In this document: one piece after another, positions 24,851 to 36,571 of the stretch
How positions within the stretch are numbered: position 1 is the first letter of the stretch
Layout: each line of letters begins with the position of its first letter
Assembly (NCBI RefSeq): GCF_039654945.1
Contig: NW_027361687.1
Coordinates: 61,814,001 to 61,878,000 of the forward strand
Direction of reading: 5' to 3'
Length of the DNA stretch: 64,000 nt
DNA from: Dendrobates tinctorius
Taxonomy: Eukaryota
Translations under genes and position numbers: made by a program
Notes under the pieces: model-generated
The model's database searches: none
Told to the model about the DNA's origin: nothing
Seen by the model: the letters and a program-made list of their open reading frames with translations, nothing else

Positions 24851-26274
24851 CCCTCTGGTCCAGACTTTACTGGAACTCCTCTTCACTCTGTAGCTATACC
24901 AGTTGAGTTCTCAGAAGGCGTTCTCATATTTCCACCGATAAAGGTATGTGCCAGAGGACAGAAACAGCTCAGTTCAGGAAAGAACTATATTTATCCTAAA
25001 TAATTAATGGTTTTCTGGCTGCACACTTTAATAAAACGTGCCATAACCGCCTATGACGATCACCAGGGTCTCACGAGGTGGCATAGATGGCTTTACTGAC
25101 TCTGAGGCATTTCCTTGGATGATGGTCAAGACTAAAGCAGGAATGTTGGCCAAGGATTTGCCTCTGCATGCAGCTTCGCTGCAGCTTTACAGCATGAGCC
25201 AGCAGCGATGATAATGGGAGGTTCGCAGCCAACGAAGAAGCCAAGAATGGTCAGGGGATAAAACAAGTCAGCGTCTGGGGAGTCTGTTTTTTGCCGCTTC
25301 GCTTCCCCAAACATAATAATAAAACCAAAACACTACACGGCAAACAGTTGTGAATACTCATGGTCCTGAAAACCTCATAAAGCCCGGGAGCGAAGAGGAA
25401 CATAAAACCTACATCCTCAGACCAGATGGCACGACAGCTTTTTATTCAGAAATTATGATTATTAACTGTGCCAGTTGTAAAGAGAACCACTTTCTGCACG
25501 GCCTGGCCAAACATTTCCACCACTCATCCAGTGTAACCCGTTGGCTACCTGCAAAGAATGAAATTCAACCCTGGTGATGACATTAACCAGACTAATGCCC
25601 AACGTAATCCATATAAGCCCCAGGTTGGTCAAGTCAGTTGTTACCTACATCTGTTTAATTAAAAAACTTGGTAACATTCCTGTGGTTGATCACTACCTTT
25701 TTCAATCAGACTTAAATTGATGTGGCTCATTTAGAGTTCTCCGACTCTTTACTAAGAGAGTATGGCTCACAGGATTCTCGGGGGTGTGTCTGTACAAAAA
25801 TATCCTGACAGCACCTCCCCCTTAGTAAAGACTATAAAAATCAGCACTAATCAAAAAGGCTCATATCTGGGGAATCATATGGCGCATTAAAAAAATGAAA
25901 TATTCATGGGACAGAAACTTATTTTATTACCACATTTAACCTGGTAACAGATCTTGTTTTAAGGCTTCCATACAAATTAGTCGAAAATCAGTCAACCATC
26001 TGGGGACCTCCCAAGTCTCCAACCACAGGGATGATAAGGAACGGACAATTGAAATTTCAGCAGCTGATCTTTTTTTCAGGGGAGGTACTCTGCTACGAGA
26101 GGAGTCGTGTCAGTGGCTTTCTCCTCTCTTAGTGAAAACACATGAGCGCTCAGTTTGGGAAACAGGAAAGATGTATATCTTTGTACCGTGTTAGCCAGTA
26201 GATAGAAAAATATTCAGAATTGAGAGTCCTCAGTGGTTGATACCTTTTAATGGCTAACTGAAAAGTTGGTAACA

Positions 26275-26319
26275 CATTGCAAGCTTTCGAGACTGCTCAG
26301 GTCTCTTCATCAGGCATTA
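26275..26319 (-). ncRNA. Minimal type I hammerhead ribozyme motif, inverted copy
   Basis: The minus strand reads taatgc-CTGATGA-a-gagac-ctgagca-gtctc-GAAA-gctt-gcaatg. Confidence 0.68.
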
Positions 26320-26519
26320 ACTAATATAACATCTGAAGAATCACATATTGATACACAACACAGCACAGAAAAAATGTAATAGATAAGACAAGTGACGTGA
26401 AGCAGAACTACCATTATGTGATCTGGCATACAAAAATGTTTTGCCACAGGTAGATCCATTCTTTCTCTTATTGTGTGACGATGAGTATTCATCCTTGTTT
26501 CTAAGTTTTACAATCCATT

Positions 26520-27045
26520 TTTCCAGACCCCCCACTACTGTGCTTTAGGCAGCCCCCAAATCTAAGAAGCATCATTGTCAGAAGCTCCCTGTCCTCTCCA
26601 AAAGCTGCAGGAACCTTTCCTTGCAACCAGAAAAAATGTAAAACCTGTCCATTTATAATGACCACGGACAAGATAAAGATCCTCAATTCACATCAGGACT
26701 ACAAGATCCAAGGTACTTTCAGCTTCATCACATCTAATGTGGTGTACTTTATTTGTACTAAATGTCCAACTGGGGGTCTGTATGTGGGGGAGACAGGGCA
26801 AAAACTTAGAACAAAGATGAATTCTCATCGTCGCACAATAAGAGAAAAAAGAATAGATCTACCAGTGGCAAAACATTTTTGTATGCCTGATCACAACACC
26901 ATGGATATGAAATTACTGGTATTGAAAAGTAACTTCACATAACAGAGAGAGAAGAGTCTGGGAGTACAAGCTCATGATGACCTTTGACACTCTCAATGCT
27001 GGAATGAATGTGTCGCATGGAATTATGTCTTTTTACATCAATTAA
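26520..27045 (+). pseudogene. Penelope GIY-YIG endonuclease C-terminal fragment
   Basis: RQPPNLRSIIVRS...PCNQKKCKTCPFI...SNVVYFICTKCPTGGLYVGETGQKLRTKMNSHR...PVAKHF. A stop and frameshifts follow at about 26940. Confidence 0.85.
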
Positions 27046-27267
27046 GGAATTTGCTCCTAAGACCTTGTGGGGGCATCACAACTCATTAGGAGACCCCAAT
27101 CAGAGGACAATAAAACATCCAAACTCCTTATCTAAGAACTGGTCCAATATTTATGTTTCTCCCTCTCCCATAATGATAATTCTGCTTCACGTCACTTGTC
27201 TTATCTATTGCATTTTTTCTGTGCTGTGTTGTGCATAAATATGTGACTCTTCAGATTTTGTATTAGT

Positions 27268-27312
27268 CAATGCCTGATGAAGAGACCTGAGTAGTCTCGA
27301 AAGCTTGCAATG
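27268..27312 (+). ncRNA. Minimal type I hammerhead ribozyme motif (Penelope-associated)
   Basis: caatgc-CTGATGA-a-gagac-ctgagta-gtctc-GAAA-gc-T-T-gcaatg: core boxes, a 5-bp helix II, helix I pairing, and a palindromic AGCT in place of helix III. Confidence 0.7.
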
Positions 27313-28349
27313 TGTTACCATCTTTTCAGTTAGCCATTAAAAGGTATCAACCACTGAGGACTCTCAGTTCTGAATATTTTTCAGTTTGGGAAAGACAGCC
27401 ATTTAGCTTTCCACTTAGCTCCCTGTTTGATCGGGCAGGTTGATGGTCTGATTGTTCAAATCCACAACCCAACAAATGTTCCTTAAGATGTTAGTTGACC
27501 TTGATCGCTGATATCATGTAAGAGATTGGAGGGTCTACCTAGAATGTAAAATTTTATTTTGGATGGACATTACATTTTAACTTTTAGATCACAACATGAC
27601 CACCTCCGTTGAGGGTGGAAGAGGAAACCCCTTTAAGATGATATACATATGTTATATGGTTATTTCAGAAAAAAACTTGGGCACTAAAAATGAGAAAAAG
27701 GATTAAAAAAAAATAATGTAGAGCTGGTGTTATTCATAGGAATTGAGTATGAAAAGTAGAGAAGGAGAGAAGGGAAGGGGCTGCAAGTGCTTTTGAAATA
27801 CGAGAACATCCTACGGCAGTTCAGGGTGAGATTGTAGAGCAGAGATAAAAGAATAAAACACAAAAGCTTAAGAAGCTGTGTAAGAAATACTGGAAGGGAT
27901 ACCTTTCCTATCCTTTTGTGCTTTCATTTGCTGCCAGCGAAAACTTAACGGTTTTGCATGACTATTTAACTTGCCTTTGGCCATTTTGTATTCCTCTTTT
28001 AAGAAGGGGAAGTCCTCCCGATAATGGAGTGGTTGGGTTTGAATCATGTCTGAGAGTCATTGTCACGGAAATCTCTAACAGTGCAACAGTTGTGCTTAGG
28101 GGCCTCCACCTTCTTCAAAGTCCTCTATGGTGTAAATGTTATAATATTGTTTGCCCATGTCTACTTTATGCATTTTCTCAGAGCAGTCCTAATGTCAATA
28201 GATGTTCCTGCCATTAGTTTCTGGAACAGGAAGTAGTTTTCTGATAATTACCATAGGCAGCCATATTAGCTTACATGGGTATAATTTCTACATCATCTCG
28301 TCAAGGTTTCTCTTTCTACTTTTCTCATGTCTCCAAACGGCCATATTAG

Positions 28350-29045
28350 TTTTCATTGTGGTAATTTTTGTGTCACCTGGTCACCTAGGAGTTTCTCTTT
28401 CTCTCCCATGTCTCCGACTGGACCAAATTAGCCCACATGGGCATATTCTCATTACGTAGAGGTTTCTCTTTCTTCCTTGCTCATGTCTCCTGTCGCCCTT
28501 TATTAGCTCTCATTGGGGTATTTCCTGTGTGACCTGGTCACCTAGAGGTTACTCTTTCTTCCTCTCTCATGTCTCCTGTCGGCCATATTAGCTCTCATTG
28601 GGGTAATTTCAGTGTCACCTGGTCACCTAGAGGTTTCTCTTTCTTCATCTCTCATGTCTCCCTGTTGGCTATATTAGCTATTATTGGGGTAATTTCTGTC
28701 ACCTGGTCACCTATAGGTTTCCTTTTCTTCCTCTCTCATGTCTCCCTGTTGGCCATATTAGCTGTCATTGGGGTAATTTCTGTGTCACCTGGTCACCTAG
28801 AAGTTTCTCTTTTTCTTCCTCTCTCATGTCTCCCTATCAGCTATATTAGCTCTCATTGGGGTAATTTCTGTGTCACCAGGTCACCTAGAGGTTTCGCTTT
28901 CTTCCTCTCTCATGTCTCTTGTCAGCCATATTAGCTCTCATTAGGGTAATTTCTGGGTCACATGGTCACCTAGAGCTTTATCTTTCTTCCTCTCTCATAA
29001 TGGCCATATTAGGTCACCTAGAGGTTTTCTTCCTTCCATTTTTAG
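28350..29045. repeat. ~85-bp minisatellite (gtcacctggtcacctagaggtttctctttcttcctctctcatgtctcc...ccatattagctctcattggggtaatttct)
   Basis: ggtcaccta recurs at 28379, 28536, 28621, 28705, 28791, 28879 and 28964. Confidence 0.9.
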
Positions 29046-29499
29046 GTCTCCCATTAGGCAGGGACATGAGGCAGGCCATGGCCTTCACAGCCTATAGGGC
29101 AACCAGATCGTTTTGTAGGGGTGAGTGATAATTCCATCATTTAATGATGACATCACTGTGATAGGAAGTGGCTATCTTCTCCTATTTAGGTTCAGTAGAA
29201 ATAAATATTTTTGGGAGTATGTGGCACAACAATGTAAAGAAAGGTAAAACCTGGGATTGTATATTGGTTCAATTTTTTTTTAAAATGTCCTTTTTTTGTA
29301 CCCAAATATTAACTTTATCAACAAGCAACAATTCTGGCACAGGGAGCAGTATAATTCTTGTGACAAAAGTTCCTTCATTCTCCATCCTCTTTCCAAGATT
29401 CATTCCTATAAAGTGCGGCTTTACGTAAATGTGCATTTAAGCAGAGAAAAAAGGATTTACAATCCTGCGAGCATCACGGGGGCAGAGGCTTTTTTCTCT

Positions 29500-30560
29500 C
29501 CGATATGCAAGAGTGCAGTTAATTTCTTTTTATATACGGCCTTTGTTCGCTGACACGATGCCAGCCAGCTCGATGGACAGGAGCCAAGACCTGAGCCAGA
29601 GTTGGAAGAATATTACTCGGGGAGGTTACGGGGGTGAGACCGTGTAACTCAAGTAACGTGTGGTCAGCTGTATCTGTCTTCTTCATACAAAATGGCAGCC
29701 GTTTTCTGCCAAGTCTCTCTGGCATCAGCATGGAGAACGGCGTCTCGCCTTGCCGCCTTATAAAGGGGTCCTACTGGCTCTCTGTATTATTTGGCAGCCA
29801 TTTTTCTGTGAGATGTTGGTGAATGCAGCCTGCTGGAACCTGTCAGACAAGATGGCCGCTTTTTATCTGTCTTCCAGTGCTGTTGTTATTATTCCGACTT
29901 CCCACAAGATTTCTTGAGAAACTTCACATTTTGCCTGCAAGGAAATCCCCGCTGCTCTGAGTGTGTTTCTTTGGCTACGGAGCGGTGGCCATTTTCATTT
30001 TTTCTGTCAGAAGTTTCCAAGCCGATGATGTGTAATCCAATCCAGAGTTACCCCCTGGCGGCGCGCAGCTGACATAGCTAAAAGGCAACCAAATAAACCG
30101 CCATGTACGACTTTCAGCTTTCTGTGTCATCGTCTCTTGGTTATTTTTTTGCTCCTCCGTCTCCAAGACGATAGAAAAATGCAATTTATTTCTCAGGACA
30201 GAAAAATCATCATTAGAACGACACACACATTTACACACAAAAGCAGCTTAAGACGTCGCCGATTTTCCTCCCGCCTCCCCCTCGCCACAATAAACCCAAA
30301 ACAGCTGGAAATTAATCTTACACTGCTTTTTATTTGACTAAATCCAGCCCTCTCTTACCTTGGTCTTGCCAAGGAGAAAAAAAAAATCTACAGCTCAGGG
30401 CTAATCCCTGCAGAGAAATATCTTCTATTTTCAGTAGTTTTTTTATTATTATTTTATTTTTTTGCTTTTTTTTTCTACAGCCTAAGTGCTTAAATCAGGA
30501 TTAATCCCCTCTCTTTACTCACTCCGTGCCCCTCCTTCATCCTTGCTGTGCAGTTCCTCG
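29500..30560. promoter_or_regulatory. Repeat-free island with clustered transcription-factor motifs (candidate promoter or enhancer)
   Basis: Four YY1-like AA(A/G)ATGGC motifs (29688, 29793, 29848, 29985), a kB-like GGGGATTTCC (29941-29950, -), a CTCF-like CCGCCAGGGGG (30051-30061, -), and TAATCC/GGATTA K50-homeodomain sites (about 30033, 30403, 30498-30507). Motif matches only. Confidence 0.35.
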
Positions 30561-31345
30561 TCTTTCTCTATATTTCTCACTTGGCCAGGACGTGAAAATG
30601 CATTACTTCATAGGCCGCGATGTCTTTACGGGCCGACAAATCTTCCTGATGAGGTGTTTTGTTTGGCTTTTTTTTTTCTGCATGGTCACAAGTCTACCCG
30701 TGCTTTCATCACCTTAGATTGTGTCTCTAAAAGGTGTCAGTACCTGAAAGCAAAATATGGATGCTGGCGTTGTGTATTTCACTGATTTCCTTGGAGAGTT
30801 ATGGTATATACACATGGAGTTTTTTATGTGTAATTTTCAAACAAAAAAATCCATGTGAAAAAAAGCGTCAAACCACTGTTTTTTTTTCGATGGGTATTTT
30901 GATGTGTATGGGCAGTTTTTCTGCTTCATTTGATTCAATGGCACTTTTTCAAGCGGAAAGGCCTCAGGAATGGACATGGAGCTTTCTTTTTGGCCTGAGT
31001 CACACTAAACGTATGAAAAATCGGTCCGAGTCTCCCTGCCGAGAGTAGCACCAGCGTAATGCGAGTGTCATGCGAGTACAATCCGATTTTCCACACCTAG
31101 AATCCGATTTACATCAGAATGCAGTGCGATTGCTATCAGATTGCAATATGATTTTAACATGAGCATTTACATACAGCAATTCTCTGTCATTTACACATCG
31201 TTTTCAAAGGAAATATTTTTCAAAACACAAACAAAACTAGTATATAAATAATAGATAGAATAATCGCCGGTTATTCATCTGCCATGTACGGTAAAATCAC
31301 AGAGTGACAGGTTAGACTAGAATAGATAGAATAGGTATCAGAATA

Positions 31346-31584
31346 GAGGACACCACGAGTGTGAGAAAGTTCTCCTGCTCACGATGCCGTTTGACAGGTC
31401 CTGCGAGTTCACGGCCAATAAACGCACTTCACCTATGTGACGTTGGCGCGAGCGCTGTGGGAAATCTTCCCACGGCGCTCGTGCTGACGTCAGAAAGGTG
31501 AAGTGAGTTCATTGGCCGTGAACTCATAGGACCTGACAGACGGCACCGCGAGCAGGCAAACTTTCTCACACTCGCGGTGTCCTC
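31346..31584. repeat. ~240-bp imperfect palindrome
   Basis: gaggacaccacgagtgtgagaaagtt...tgtgggaa atc ttcccacg...aactttctcacactcgcggtgtcctc, centred at about 31465. Confidence 0.9.
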
Positions 31585-31793
31585 AGACAGGGAATAGGAG
31601 TTCACAGGGAGACACTAAGCACATGGTCATCTAGATGTAGCAGAGCTTGACCCATCGTGGGACAAATGGATTAAAAGCATCTCTGGGGACAGGTGAGGAA
31701 TATTGTTGTTTGTTTTTTTAACCTCTTTTGCAGATGACGAGGGCATCATGGGAATGGGCGCGGTCGTAAGTATGGTTTAATTAAAAATACTAA

Positions 31794-32712
31794 GGCTATG
31801 TGCCCACGTAGCGTTTTAAACCGGACACTAAAAACCAGACTCCTTCCCAGAAATCGCGCGTTTTTTCCCCCCGCGCGATTTTACCGCGATTATGTTCGCG
31901 ATTTTCGCATGCGAAATTCAAGCACTTTCCAAGCGATTTGAAGCATCGCTTGGAAAGTGATTGACAGGTTGGTCACACTCGTCAAACATAGTGTTTGACA
32001 AGTGTGACCAGCTTTTTACTATTGAGGCTGCCTATGCGGCCTCAATAGTAAAAGATAGAATGTTAAAAATGATAAAAAAATAAAAAATCGGGGTATATTT
32101 ACCTTCCGACGTCCCGAGCTGTCTCAGCGACGCTCCCGTTCCCAGTGATGCCTTGCGAGACCTGTGATGACGTTGGTCTCGCGTTGCTATAGTGATCTCA
32201 CGAGACCACTAGAGTAACGTGAGACTACGTCATCACAGGTCCTTGCCGCAAGGCATTACTCGGAACGCTGAGGCCCGGGAATGCTGCGCGTGATGCCGGA
32301 AGGTAAATATACCCCGATTTTTTATTTTTTATTTTTTTTACAGGGGATGGGTCCCAGGGCCTGGAGGACAGTCTCCTCTCCTCCACACCGTGGGTACCAT
32401 CCGCACATGAGACGCTTAACTTTGCGCATGGTGGGCATAGCCACATGCGGGAAGTAAGCGGTTCTCATGCATTCCTATGGGCGTGGAATCGCGGCAATTT
32501 TTTGCGATTCCACAAAATGAATGAGCATGCTGCGATTTTTTCCGTGATGCGATTCCGCCACAGAAAAAAGCGCAGCATTAGCACAGCATGTGCGGAATGC
32601 CATAGGAATGCATGGGGTGCGTTCTGTACGAGTTTTTTAAACGTTTTCACAGCGTTTTCGCGCCAAAAATCGCGGCAAAAACGCTTAAAAATCGCATCGT
32701 GGGCACACAGCC
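31794..32712. mobile_element. MITE, Harbinger-like, nested
   Basis: TIR GGCT(a/g)TGTGCCCACG with TAA TSD on both sides. Inner palindrome at about 32075-32338. Confidence 0.88.
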
Positions 32713-33473
32713 TAAAGCAGTCTGTGTCATTCTTTCAATTAAAGGGCTTTTTTCTGGGTGTCTGTGTTTTCTTACAATGTGACTATGGGGTTAGTAAGGG
32801 GGCGTCTTATTGACTCCTCTCCATTACTAACCTCGGGACTTGATGTCACCTGACAATACAAAGTTGACATCAACCCCCCCCCAACTATCACCCCATTTTC
32901 CACCGCTACAGGGCAAGTGGGAAGAACGAGGCTAAGTGCCTGAATTGGTGCTTCTTAGAGATGCGCCTTTTCTGGGGCGGCTACGAGCTGATGTTTTTAG
33001 CCTGGGGGGCCAGTATCCATGACCCCTTCCTAGGCTATTAATATCAGCCAGCAGCTGTCTGCATAGCCTTTGCTGGTTATTAATTAAAGGGTGACCCTGC
33101 GTCATTTTTTTAGGGTCCCCCATTTTAATAGCCAGTAAAGACTAAGTATACAGTTGTGAGCTGATATTAATAGCCTGGGAAGCTCCATGGGTATTACCCT
33201 CTTCCCAGCCTATAACCCTCTGCTGGTTACGAAAATTGCGCAGGAGCCCACACCATTTTTTTCCAAAAAATAATCTTTAAGTATTTAAATACATATACAA
33301 TAAGCTGCATACACAGTGTACTAATTGTATTTGTCACTGACATCTATATATCAAGCTATTCTATTTGTATTTACTGTATGTAATCCATCTCTTCTATCCT
33401 GTCAGCTCCTGCAGTGATTTTTACTGCACATGGCAGATGAATTGCCCGCTTTTCTTCCATCTATCTTTCTATG

Positions 33474-33475
<2 letters not shown>

Positions 33476-33513
<38 letters not shown>
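33476..33513. repeat. (TA)n microsatellite
   Basis: Pure TA run. Confidence 0.95.
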
Positions 33514-33521
<8 letters not shown>

Positions 33522-34481
33522 CACTGACATCTATATATCTATGTATTCTGTGTGTATATATCTATTCTATTCTAATTTGTCAGTGTGATTTTACTGTATG
33601 CGGCACCTGAATTGCCGGCTTTTCAAAGTACATAGGTGCGTAAAAATCGGACAGCACTCGCATGGTCCGAGTGCTGTGCAATTTTTTTTCTTGCACCCAT
33701 AGGCGTGCATTGGCAAGTCTCAGACGATATACGCGTACAATCGCAGCATGCTGCGATTTTACAGGCACTCTGAATACACCCGAGAATATAAATATGCCCT
33801 TAGGCCGGTGTCCCACTGCCGTAGAATACGGGTGAGTGCTTTGCGAGAAAACATCGCATAGCATTTGGACCAGTGTCAATCTATGGGCAGCTCACATCAC
33901 CGCTTATTTTGCGATGTGCGTGTAAAATCGCAAGCAAGCCTATGGGTACGAGAAAAACCTGGACGCCACACGGAGCATCCGTATAGCTTGCGACAAGTAC
34001 GCACACATTTTCCTGCTAGCAGGAAATTGCATCAGCCAAGAACAGGAAGTTTAGCATGCATATTTTCCTGGCAACCAATAAAAAGCCAGGAACACGCCTC
34101 CACGGATCCACAATCACTGGTTAAGGCTCACCAAAACGTTGAGACAAGACCCAATGGAAAAGAACCCACTCAGTTGTGTTGAAGGTTAGCCTGTCACACA
34201 AGTTTAACACAAACCAGCAAAACAAATACACCAGCAGGGCCTCTATTTCAAAGATTGGAGGAGGGAACTTGTTGGGGAGCTAATATATAGGCTCCTTGAT
34301 TATGTTTTTATTCATTTCAGCCCATTGAACCATTTAATTCAATGGGAAAAGTCAATGAGAAATGTAAAGCCATACGCATGTCATACGGATGTCATATGGA
34401 TGCCATACCGATACATTGGTGGGAGAAAATCGCATCATTGCATTGCAAACGCATTACACACGGATTATCATACGGAGAACA

Positions 34482-36053
34482 TGACTCGCCCCCAGAGGCC
34501 TTGGGATACTCGGTGCCGAGCCCGTTGATTTCAATGGGAGATGTCACAGTGGCCATGACCCAGTCCGTGGCCTCAGGCAGTCAATGTAAAAGGGGTAGAG
34601 TGATGGGGATAAAGTTATTGAGATGATTCGTGACACCACCTGTGGCTTCTGGTCAGTTTGACCAGCGCTGCAGGGTTGCTTCTCTGGGACAGATGTTGTG
34701 GTGCAGCAATGATGTTGAAGCTCCCCACAGGTGGAGCTGTAGTCCCAGGGCAGATGAAGAGGGTTGGTAGATGGTGAAGTAGTGTAGGGCGGACAGTGCA
34801 GGGAAAATGGCGCAGAAAGAAAGCAGAGGACACAGAGGGATGTAGTTCCAAGGCTTTACTCACAGTCTGTTGCGCATACAGATGCCCACTTCGGTGCCGT
34901 GTCCTCCAGGTCAGGGGCTCAGCCAACTCCCAGGCAAGATAGAGTACACCTTTCCAGCACTCCTCCAACATATGCCTTTCCTGAACGTCTCCTCACTAGC
35001 GCTTAAACTGAAGTACTTGTAGTTGTGAATTAAACAAGTTCCTCCTTCTAGATGTTACTTGGAACTCCACTCGTACGGCAGATAGCTGTAACCCGCTTCG
35101 GGGACTTCCTACTCTCAGGTCCCGGCTCACACACGTTGCTATTGTGCCCCCGAGTCTTAGATGGGAATAAAGTGGTGACAACTTCTATTCCTCCGGTTTC
35201 TGCTGCAGGACCATCAGAATCCATACAACTTCGGATACCGGACTCCGAACCATGCGCTTTAACTTAAGGGTATGTGCACACGTAGTTTTTAGTCTCTGCG
35301 GATTTTGTAGAGAAAACCGCAGGAAATCCGCAGGACAAAGTGCTGCGGTTTATCTGCGGATTATCTGCGTTTTTTCTGCGGTTTTGCCCTGCGGTTTTAC
35401 ACCTCATAATGGATGAGGTGTAAAACCGCAGCGTTTCTGCACCAAACAATTGACATGCTGCGGATTGTAAACCGCAGCAAAACCGCGCGGAAAAAAACGC
35501 AGCATGTGCACAGCTTTTTTTTATTTCCATAGGAAATAAAGGTACTGTACAACGCAGTCTGCTGCGTTTCTGCAGAGCCAAAAACGCTGCGGAAACGCAG
35601 CAGAATCCGCAGCGTGTGCACATACCCTAAGGAAGGGCTCTGCGCTCACCCTTGTCCCCAGTTCTCTTCTCCCCACGTTCCGTACTAATCTATCTCTCTT
35701 CTGAAGAATTAGGCTTTCTCTTACTCTTTCCCGTGCCAACAGCTCCAGATCACAGGAGTCTGCTGCAGCAGTTGCTTTAACTCCATCCCTCTCCGGGGAT
35801 CTTCTCTCACTCACTGACCCTTTCCTAATCTTTTTCTGCTCTCTTGTGCAGTCTAAGCTCCATCCGCTTCCCCAGCACCCTTCGTGAACCAAAGCAGCTG
35901 ACTTACAGGGTGCTCCACTATTCTAAAGTGTCTGTGCTGGGTGCAGGTGTTGGAGTGTGGTCAGGTGTCTCCACCTTACCTGGATAGTGGGGTAGCACAC
36001 CTCAGGAGGAGGTGCAGTACCTCTGTGGCGACTGAACCCTCAGGGGCGCCACA
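34482..36053. mobile_element. Solo LTR (4-bp TSD) nested in the large TIR element
   Basis: TGACTCGCCCC...GGGGCGCCACA with TSD AACA at 34478-34481 and 36054-36057. Confidence 0.75.
35268..35627. mobile_element. MITE, Harbinger-like, nested in the LTR
   Basis: Perfect TIR GGGTATGTGCACACG with TAA TSD on both sides. Confidence 0.9.
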
Positions 36054-36306
36054 AACACTCCTGCGACTCTCGACAGGAAGGCTCGAACCGATTTTTCATA
36101 CATTTAGTGTGAGTCCGACCTTACATGGAGAAAAACAGCACCTTGTCCACTGTAGAGCTGTGTCCACACTGATGTTTTTAAGCAGTTTTTGGACCAGAAA
36201 CTAAACGGAAACTCTCCAAATCCTTCTCAAATACTCAAAATTCTTCAAAAACATGCAAGTTCTGCTCCAAAAACTCTGCAAAAAGACATGTAATACTCTT
36301 TATTTA

Positions 36307-36571
36307 AATAATCTTTATTTTTTATATAGCGCTAACATATTCCGCAGCGCTTTACAGTTTGCACACATTATCATCACTGTCCCCGATGGGGCTCACAATC
36401 TGAATTCCCTATCAGTATGTTTTTGGAATGTGGGAGGAAACCGGAGTACCCGGAGGAAACCCACGCAAACACAGGGAGAACATACAAACGCCTTGCAGAT
36501 GTTGTCCTTGGTGGGATCCAAACCCAGGACCCCAGCGCTGCAATGCTATCCACTGAGCCACCGTGCTGCCC
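36307..36571 (-). mobile_element. tRNA-derived V-SINE with L2-derived 3' tail
   Basis: Minus strand: GGGCAGCACGGTGGCTCAGTGG (A box), a GGTTtGgATCC B-box-like motif, the V-domain ttctccctgtgtttgcgtgggtttcctccggg, and the tail gtaaagcgctgcggaatatgttagcgctatataaa shared with the L2 at 20011. Confidence 0.88.

Larger units (their letters stand above)
26163..27380 (+). mobile_element. Penelope-like retroelement, 5'-truncated, with inverted partial copy
   Basis: Inverted repeats of about 200 bp at 26206-26407 and 27180-27381, plus an inverted endonuclease piece at 26415-26510. 13-bp TSD TCAGTTTGGGAAA at 26150-26162 and 27381-27393. Confidence 0.9.
30992..36120. mobile_element. Large non-autonomous TIR element (Harbinger-like) hosting several nested insertions
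   Basis: Imperfect TIRs of about 60 bp: ggcctgagtcacactaaacgtatgaaaaatcggtccgag (30992) versus ctcgaaccgatttttcatacatttagtgtgagtccgacc|TTA (36120). Confidence 0.7.

Noticed and set aside
29003-29013. Exact CArG box CCATATTAGG
   Set aside because: It arises at a deletion junction in the last unit of the 85-bp repeat. Other units read CCATATTAGC, so it is likely chance.
36500-36571. tRNA-like A/B boxes
   Set aside because: This is the head of a SINE. There is no complete cloverleaf.
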